From positions 32,511-96,510 of the IMG/VR virus record IMGVR_UViG_3300045988_034541: a DNA stretch of 64,000 bases, one strand, 5' to 3'. This DNA is from a virus. Under the pieces are notes generated by a model. The model was not told where the DNA came from and did no database searches. It saw only the letters and a program-made list of their open reading frames with translations. This document shows positions 57,663 to 64,000 of the stretch, in pieces (position 1 is the stretch's first letter; each line of letters opens with the position of its first letter). Made by a program: the position numbers and the translations under genes.

Positions 57663-57987
57663 CTCTTTAGTTGTGATTACTCCACAGCAATTAAAGGCTA
57701 GTAACCTTATATTTCTGGAGCATAAGAAGCTTAAGCTAGAGAGGTTTGAACTCAATAAACAGCTTACATCTTATGAATTACTAACTGCTAACTATGCTAA
57801 AACTGATAGTATAAGACTTCAACAACTAGCACGAGCAGAATTGCAAATGCAGATGTATGATGAAGCTATTAGTAAGCAACGGGAGCAGATAGCTAAGATG
57901 AACAAAAAGAACAAGAGATTAACTACATTGTCAATAGGAGGATTTGCTATCAGTGTAGGCTTATTATTAGCCTTACTGATTAAATAG
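57574..57987 (+). CDS. signal-peptide protein with coiled coil and C-terminal TM
   Basis: 137 aa; overlaps the previous ORF by 89 nt in another frame, so the true start is probably internal. Confidence 0.35.
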   Translation: MKRSLLILLISLLPLMHLSSQNMYPKLVDDSLVVITPQQLKASNLIFLEHKKLKLERFELNKQLTSYELLTANYAKTDSIRLQQLARAELQMQMYDEAISKQREQIAKMNKKNKRLTTLSIGGFAISVGLLLALLIK

Positions 57988-58016
57988 CAAATTCTTGGCA
58001 AACTACTATTCGGAAC

Positions 58017-58223
58017 ATGGCGAACAAACTATCTGACAGTTTTGATAAGGACAGAGATGGAGTAAAGTACAAATACCCCGAGAGAACTTGCAAAGACTGT
58101 TCTAGATATCCCTGTTTCAGAGGTATTGAGCGCAGTGTTTGTGATTTCGCCAAGTATGGTTGTGTGCATTATAAAGACGGTGGGGTTAATAAACGACAAA
58201 ATGAGCTGGTGGGCTCGGAATGA
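58017..58223 (+). CDS. small Cys-rich protein
   Basis: 68-aa ORF. Confidence 0.35.
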   Translation: MANKLSDSFDKDRDGVKYKYPERTCKDCSRYPCFRGIERSVCDFAKYGCVHYKDGGVNKRQNELVGSE

Positions 58224-58525
58224 TGATTCAATATACCATACGCGTTGAATTACTAGCTAGTAAGGAAGATGCTGGTGGTTATATAGTCTATGCATTCAAA
58301 GATTTGTCAAACGGCACATATAAAATGTGTACCCGATGTCCTAACTGGGAAGGTCCATTCTTAAGAGTTGGTGACATCGGGTATTTGAAATGTAAGGAAG
58401 TATATGCAGGGGAAGACACATGGTATAATCCCATCACTGACTCCTTTGAGAAGTATAAATATACCGATATATATTTCGAAGACTTTGTTTATGAGAAACC
58501 ACCAGAAGGTGAGATTATACTGTAA
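58220..58525 (+). CDS. hypothetical protein
   Basis: 101-aa ORF. Confidence 0.4.
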   Translation: MMIQYTIRVELLASKEDAGGYIVYAFKDLSNGTYKMCTRCPNWEGPFLRVGDIGYLKCKEVYAGEDTWYNPITDSFEKYKYTDIYFEDFVYEKPPEGEIIL

Positions 58526-58581
58526 AAGATTATCTAAATTAACGAGATTAGACCATTATCTAAAATTAATATGATATATCT

Positions 58582-59424
58582 ATGTTCAGAGAGAAATTGG
58601 CATCAGCTATCGATAGAAAGAATAATGACATCAACTCTTTCATTTGGAAGGGTCGTAAGCAAGAAGTAAATGGAGCTTTAGTACAAGAGGAGAAACGCTT
58701 GGTTGATTGTACTGAAGAAGAACTTCGTAATTTCTATGCACATTGTGATTCTATGCTCTATAATACTAACAAGGACTATCCTGGTCGTTATGTTCTATTG
58801 GACATTATTAAAGACCAGCGTCAGCGTTGTAACGCAGAATTGTTCTTGCGCTGGTTAGAACAGGAGCAGCATATGCCAAGGTTTAAGTTCCTAGAGGCGT
58901 TAGTCTCTTTCTTGGATATTAATAAGGACGGTATAGACCCGAAAGAGTATCCAATTGAAGGAACTATGTGCGGCTGTCCTAAAGAGTTTGGAGACATTCC
59001 AACAGAGACAGTACGCGAAGGTTGTTTGGACAGACTGGGAAAGTTCAACAAACAACACATTACTCTTACATTTATTCTCAAGCAAGGTCTATGGTTCACT
59101 GCTCAAGAGAGCAAGGACTTAGTGGAGAAAGACCCTAAGACAGGTCAGATAAGAGATAAGATTGAAGTGGCGAAGGAAAGACTAGGTCTGAAGCCCACAA
59201 TGCCTCTTTATGTTACTCCTAAAGGACTTAGCTATTCACAGCTTCGTTCTATGGTTAATTTGAAGAGTAAGAAGTATACAGAACTAACTACTGACCAATT
59301 AAAGGTTCTTAGAAATAGAATCTTGTATTCTTTGGAAGATGAAGTGAAGTTCCATATATCTCAGTGGGAAACTCGCAAGAACCAAATTAAATTAGTATGT
59401 GATGCTAAAGGCTATACTTTATAA
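58582..59424 (+). CDS. hypothetical protein
   Basis: 280-aa ORF. Confidence 0.5.
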   Translation: MFREKLASAIDRKNNDINSFIWKGRKQEVNGALVQEEKRLVDCTEEELRNFYAHCDSMLYNTNKDYPGRYVLLDIIKDQRQRCNAELFLRWLEQEQHMPRFKFLEALVSFLDINKDGIDPKEYPIEGTMCGCPKEFGDIPTETVREGCLDRLGKFNKQHITLTFILKQGLWFTAQESKDLVEKDPKTGQIRDKIEVAKERLGLKPTMPLYVTPKGLSYSQLRSMVNLKSKKYTELTTDQLKVLRNRILYSLEDEVKFHISQWETRKNQIKLVCDAKGYTL

Positions 59425-59577
59425 TGTACTCTGGATGCTGACCACAGTTAATCCAGATTACTATGTAGTAGGTATAAGCTGCTTAACGTAACTTGTGAGA
59501 ATTTACTAATATTAAATAACAGGGTTCAAGGTAATAGATTCAAATGAGTTATTAATTAAGGGCTTAGCCTATAACAA

Positions 59578-60852
59578 GTGGCAGACTTATTCGGAAACGT
59601 AAGCAGAGATGAACGCCAAGCAATTGGTGTTCAACGTTGGGTAGATAATAAGTTGCGTGGTTCTTTAGTCTATTGTACCGGTTTCGGTAAGACTAGAACT
59701 GCCATTATGTGTATGAAAAGATTCTTGGCTAAGAATCCTGGTAGAAGAATTATAATAGTAGTACCTACTGATGCACTACAGAGACAATGGCTTAGTGATT
59801 TAACAGAGCAGCAAGTCCCAATGGTGTACGAGGTACTAATAATAAACTCTGTTGTGAAACATGAGTGGACATGTGATTTGCTAGTACTTGATGAATGTCA
59901 TAAATATGCTTCCGACCTGTTTGGAAAGGTATTTGAAGTAGTCAAGTATAAAATAATTCTAGGTTTAACTGCAACTATGGAACGACTAGACGGTAAGGAT
60001 AGTTATATCAAGAAGTATTGTCCAGTAGTTGATAGAGTAGATGTTAGTGAAGCTACTGCTAGAGGCTGGCTATCTCCTTACAGAGAATACAAAGTCATGG
60101 TAGAAGTAGACAATCTAGACAAATACTATGAGTTAAATAGAGAGTTTTATGAGCATTTTGCTTTCTTCGGTCATGATTTTACACTTGCTATGGCTTGTGC
60201 TACTAAATGGCAGAAGAGAATTGAGCTAGCTAAAACTATGCTTCCCGACTTTGACAAGAAACCAGATGAATGGAAAGCTCTTAATAAGACCATTCTAATT
60301 CATGCTATGGGTTTCAATAGGACTTTACAGGCAAGGAAGAAGTTCATTTATGAACATCCTAAAAAGATAGAACTTACAAATATGATACTTGAGCATAGGC
60401 AAGACAAGAAATGTATTACTTTTAGTAAGACAATCAAGATTGCCGAACAAATCAAGTATGGTAAGGTACTATCTAGTAAGGAAACTAAGAAGAAGGGAAG
60501 GATGACTTTAGAGGAGTTTAAATCAGCATCTGTGGGAGTACTTAATACTTCTAAGATGTTAGATGAAGGAGCTGACATACCAGGACTGTCAGTAGCCGTT
60601 ATTCTTGGATATGATTCCAGTCCTACGTCTAAGACGCAGAGAATAGGTAGAGTTATTAGAAAGGCAGAGAATAAAGTAGCGGAAGTCTTTACTTTAGTAA
60701 TCAAGGGAACTGTTGAAGAAGAATGGTTTCGCAAGAGTACTGGTAGTAAGGATTATATCACTATAGCCGATTCTGATTTATTAAATCTACTAGAAGGGCG
60801 AGAATTTACTCCTAAGAAGAACAAAGAAACTAAAATGATATTTAGGTTCTAA
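59578..60852 (+). CDS. superfamily-2 DEAD/DEAH-box-type helicase
   Basis: Walker A CTGFGKT, DECH box (LVLDECHKY), TAT motif (LTAT), and C-terminal helicase-domain motifs (QRIGRVIR). Confidence 0.75.
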   Translation: MADLFGNVSRDERQAIGVQRWVDNKLRGSLVYCTGFGKTRTAIMCMKRFLAKNPGRRIIIVVPTDALQRQWLSDLTEQQVPMVYEVLIINSVVKHEWTCDLLVLDECHKYASDLFGKVFEVVKYKIILGLTATMERLDGKDSYIKKYCPVVDRVDVSEATARGWLSPYREYKVMVEVDNLDKYYELNREFYEHFAFFGHDFTLAMACATKWQKRIELAKTMLPDFDKKPDEWKALNKTILIHAMGFNRTLQARKKFIYEHPKKIELTNMILEHRQDKKCITFSKTIKIAEQIKYGKVLSSKETKKKGRMTLEEFKSASVGVLNTSKMLDEGADIPGLSVAVILGYDSSPTSKTQRIGRVIRKAENKVAEVFTLVIKGTVEEEWFRKSTGSKDYITIADSDLLNLLEGREFTPKKNKETKMIFRF

Positions 60853-61052
60853 TGTTTAGAGTGTTATATTGCAACATAGGTGCTGAAGGGCAGCCTGATA
60901 GAACTTCAACAGTATCTACTGATGTTGATGCTGTTAAGCTATTAGAGCTGTTAGAGAAGCATTCAGAGCATCGTATTTGCATGATGTCTGTGCATTTAGA
61001 GCGCAGCCCTCTAGATGTGCAAAGTCTTATTACGAGCCTGAAATTTAAGTAG
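60852..61052 (+). CDS. hypothetical small protein
   Basis: 66-aa ORF. Confidence 0.35.
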   Translation: MFRVLYCNIGAEGQPDRTSTVSTDVDAVKLLELLEKHSEHRICMMSVHLERSPLDVQSLITSLKFK

Positions 61053-61112
61053 ATTCGTTTTGAAATGTAACAAGATTATCGTATCTTTGTAATCCTTAAC
61101 GGTCAAAATTAC

Positions 61113-61337
61113 ATGACAACTGAAAGATTGTTTGAACTTGTAATGCTTACTAACACGTTTGATAGTATCATTCATGCTAGTGGTGTCAACGAAAACGGTG
61201 AAATTGAATTTGAAGGTGGAATCTATGACGTCAAGGCTATGGTAGCAAGGCAGACAGAACTCTTTAAAGAGTTTATAGCTCCTTACGAAGTAGCAGGCGA
61301 AGCTTATGTGATTGAGGACACTGAGAAATCAGAATAA
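61113..61337 (+). CDS. hypothetical small protein
   Basis: 74-aa ORF. Confidence 0.35.
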   Translation: MTTERLFELVMLTNTFDSIIHASGVNENGEIEFEGGIYDVKAMVARQTELFKEFIAPYEVAGEAYVIEDTEKSE

Positions 61338-61390
61338 CAAAGTATCACAGCTGATAGATTAGTAAGTTATTTACTTATTAATCAATACGC

Positions 61391-62014
61391 TTGGAGAAAT
61401 TAAGTTTAACAATAGAGAATCAGTTGTTAATAATGGAGCAGTATAGGCTTACTGCTGAGGAGTTGTTAATGATTGAGTTGCTATTCTTGGCACAACCAGA
61501 AGAGGGACATAAAGACTCCCTCATCCGATATCTGGGAATGCCAATAACTAAAACCCGCCTTAGAGACGTATTATTAAGTCTACAGGTGAAGGGAGTCATT
61601 ACTAAGAAGTATAAAATTCCCGCAGAGGGTCAGACGTTTGACCCTGAATCTGTAATCTTTAATGAAAACTTCATTAAGAATTATAGAAAGTATTCCGGAG
61701 ACCTGGGAGGAGAGTTCTGGGAAGCATACCCAGATATTGTCATTATTAATGGTAGGGAGTATAGTTTAAAGAACTGGTCTAAGAAGTTTAACACTTTGGA
61801 AGACATGTTCTTTAGATATGGCAAGAATATAGGGTGGAAACTTGAGAATCATAAAAGAGTGATAGAGTTAGTCAATTGGGCTAAGCAGAACAAATGTAAT
61901 CTGATAAATGTCAACATTGCTGACTTTATAATGTCTAAGGCTTGGGAAGGCATCGAGAAGTTTAAAGATGGAACATATGAAGAATTAGTGTTTGATACTA
62001 TGACGGAACTATGA
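61391..62014 (+). CDS. hypothetical protein
   Basis: 207-aa ORF. Confidence 0.45.
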   Translation: MEKLSLTIENQLLIMEQYRLTAEELLMIELLFLAQPEEGHKDSLIRYLGMPITKTRLRDVLLSLQVKGVITKKYKIPAEGQTFDPESVIFNENFIKNYRKYSGDLGGEFWEAYPDIVIINGREYSLKNWSKKFNTLEDMFFRYGKNIGWKLENHKRVIELVNWAKQNKCNLINVNIADFIMSKAWEGIEKFKDGTYEELVFDTMTEL

Positions 62015-63102
62015 CATATACTAGCAGACTAATCGAACTTATCAAAAGAGGTAGAGAAGGTGACAATCAAGGGTTATCACTTGGAATGCCTAAGCTGGAG
62101 CATATAATTGACGGATTAACTCAAGAGACCTATTACCTGATTGCCGCAGGAACTGGTAACGGTAAGACTAGTTTCGTGCTTCACTCCTTTATATATAAGG
62201 CTCTACTGGACTCTGATTCTGATAAGGATGTTCAGTTTATTATATTCTCTTTGGAGATGAGTGCTGAGCAGTTACTTGCTAAATTGCTCTCTCTTCATAT
62301 ATATGAGACATATGGTAAACAAATATCTTTTAAAGAGTTATTGTCTAGAGGCAAGGACTCTACACTCTCTAATGAGGATTATGAGTTAGTACAGGAATGT
62401 ATTCCATGGCTAGAATCTATAGAGGACAGACTAATAATACATGACGGCACTCTCAATTCAGAGAAGTATAAGTCTCTAATCATAGAGGATTTAAAGAAAT
62501 TTGGAACCTTTGTTGATGAAGATACTTATGAACTTAATAATCCGAAACAAATTATCGCAGTAATTACTGACCACTTAGGCTTAGTGAGACCACAGTTGGG
62601 TCGTAGCAAGAAAGAGGAGATTGATACAATATCGGCATATGGTGTCTCATTTAGAAATAAATGTAAGATATCTCCAATCAATATTATGCAGTTCAATAGA
62701 AATGCTAATAATGCAGAACGACTAAAACAAGGCTTGCAAGAACCTGATTTGTCAGATTTAAAAGAGAGTGGTTCTCCGAGTGAGGATGCCAATGTAGTAT
62801 TGGTATTATTTAATCCATTTAGAAGCAAATTGTCTACATATAGAGGATATTGCATTAAAGAGCTAAAGGATGGTTTCAGGTCATTATTGGTTCTTAAGAA
62901 TAGATTTGGTGCGTCTGACGTAGCCATTGGTGTAGGATTTTATGGTAGATGTGGTATCTTTAAAGAGCTTCCATCTGCGTCTGAAATCAATGATTATGAC
63001 AAGTATAAGAATCCAGATTGGACTATTATTGATTTCCCAGACAGGGAAGTCGAGATAGAACGAACTAAGAAAGATGATTTACGCGTAACCATAACATTAT
63101 GA
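62011..63102 (+). CDS. DnaB-like replicative helicase (RecA-fold C-terminal domain)
   Basis: Walker A AAGTGNGKTSF and the DnaB H1a-like FSLEMSAEQL motif. Confidence 0.65.
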   Translation: MTYTSRLIELIKRGREGDNQGLSLGMPKLEHIIDGLTQETYYLIAAGTGNGKTSFVLHSFIYKALLDSDSDKDVQFIIFSLEMSAEQLLAKLLSLHIYETYGKQISFKELLSRGKDSTLSNEDYELVQECIPWLESIEDRLIIHDGTLNSEKYKSLIIEDLKKFGTFVDEDTYELNNPKQIIAVITDHLGLVRPQLGRSKKEEIDTISAYGVSFRNKCKISPINIMQFNRNANNAERLKQGLQEPDLSDLKESGSPSEDANVVLVLFNPFRSKLSTYRGYCIKELKDGFRSLLVLKNRFGASDVAIGVGFYGRCGIFKELPSASEINDYDKYKNPDWTIIDFPDREVEIERTKKDDLRVTITL

Positions 63103-63106
63103 TTTA

Positions 63107-63799
63107 ATGAGCCAAATTATAGGACTTGGAGGATTTTCGGGAAGTGGTAAGTCTAGTTCCCTACAGTATTTAAACCCAAAGGAGACATTTATCATTAGCT
63201 GTACTCCTAAACAATTATCAATTCCAGGATTTAGGAAGAATTACAAGAAGCTAACTCAGGACAAAGACAAGAACTATGTTGGAAATTGGTATTTCAGCAA
63301 TGAATTTGCCAAAGTGATGAACATCATGAATGTAGTTAATGTTAAAATGCCAGAGATTAAGGTCTTAGTAATTGACGATAGTAATTATCTTCTTTCACAA
63401 GAGGTGATGTCTAGAAGTGCGGAGAAAGGATATGATAAGCATATTGACTTTGCAAAGCACTATTATGATTTAATAATGAAGGCTATGACTCTTAGAGAGG
63501 ATTTAATTGTAGTGTTCATATCTCATATTGTAAATGACGGTAACGACTATGACCCTAAATATAAGTTATTTACTACTGGAAAGATGTTGGATAGGTCTGT
63601 TAATATAGATGGACTGTTTAATTATTTGCTGTATGCAGAGAAGATTGTAAATGATGAAGAGGTTGACTATAAATTCAGAACAAGGTCACTTGGTCCAGAT
63701 ACTTGTAGAAGTACCGCAGGATGTTTCCCTGATTTATATGTTGAACCTAATATGAAGATGGTGATTGACACAATCAATAAATTTGAATACGGAGAATGA
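63107..63799 (+). CDS. P-loop NTPase (possible replication/recombination ATPase)
   Basis: N-terminal Walker A GGFSGSGKSS, and a Walker-B-like VLVIDDS motif. Confidence 0.55.
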   Translation: MSQIIGLGGFSGSGKSSSLQYLNPKETFIISCTPKQLSIPGFRKNYKKLTQDKDKNYVGNWYFSNEFAKVMNIMNVVNVKMPEIKVLVIDDSNYLLSQEVMSRSAEKGYDKHIDFAKHYYDLIMKAMTLREDLIVVFISHIVNDGNDYDPKYKLFTTGKMLDRSVNIDGLFNYLLYAEKIVNDEEVDYKFRTRSLGPDTCRSTAGCFPDLYVEPNMKMVIDTINKFEYGE

Positions 63800-64000
63800 T
63801 AGTTAAAATGCTGTTAACTTTGGACTTTGACCCAGCTACTGGAGAGTATAAATCTCTAAAGCAGGAAATTGTCAAAGAAGAAGTAAAGACTAGAACAGTC
63901 AAGGAAGAGGTTCCAGAGACATCTGAACCGCAAATTACCCTAGACCCTAACAAGTACATACTTAATAAAGCAGCTGCCCAATTAATGGGAGTTGCTTGGG
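63796..64000 (+). CDS. hypothetical protein, truncated by the window end
   Basis: ATG overlaps the upstream stop (ATGA); the frame stays open to position 64000. Confidence 0.4.
   Translation, partial: MIVKMLLTLDFDPATGEYKSLKQEIVKEEVKTRTVKEEVPETSEPQITLDPNKYILNKAAAQLMGVAW

Overview
Best read as about 64 kb of a large, AT-rich tailed dsDNA phage (or prophage) genome. Nothing indicates an ordinary bacterial chromosome region; the host cannot be inferred from sequence alone. Layout, by window coordinates: (1) 1-6.4 kb, virion/tail genes on the + strand, including a 1004-aa protein with a lytic-transglycosylase-like motif and three paralogous receptor-binding-protein-like genes. (2) 6.6-11.3 kb, a block of small genes on the - strand. 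(3) 11.3-12.0 kb, a divergent regulatory intergenic region carrying four copies of a 14-mer and GC-rich hairpins. (4) 12-64 kb, a long + strand accessory and replication region containing about 30 tRNA genes, a tmRNA, and genes for a ParB-like nuclease, an NfeD-flotillin pair, a vWA protein, an AAA+ ATPase, a truncated adenylosuccinate-synthetase (PurA/PurZ-like) homolog, RNase H, an SF2 helicase, a DnaB-like helicase and a bactofilin-like protein. Most notable observations: a tRNA-Pro gene split in its anticodon loop by a 788-bp insertion that encodes an endonuclease; poly-G tracts that frameshift two of the three RBP-like genes just after identical 'MSKI.T' leaders (candidate phase variation); an amber-suppressor tRNA(CUA); a phage-borne tmRNA; a covarying hairpin family in front of tRNA genes; and a three-member paralogous protein family bracketing a 670-aa protein of unknown function. 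All tRNA and hairpin coordinates were derived by hand and may be off by a base or two; protein functions rest on motif recognition only.
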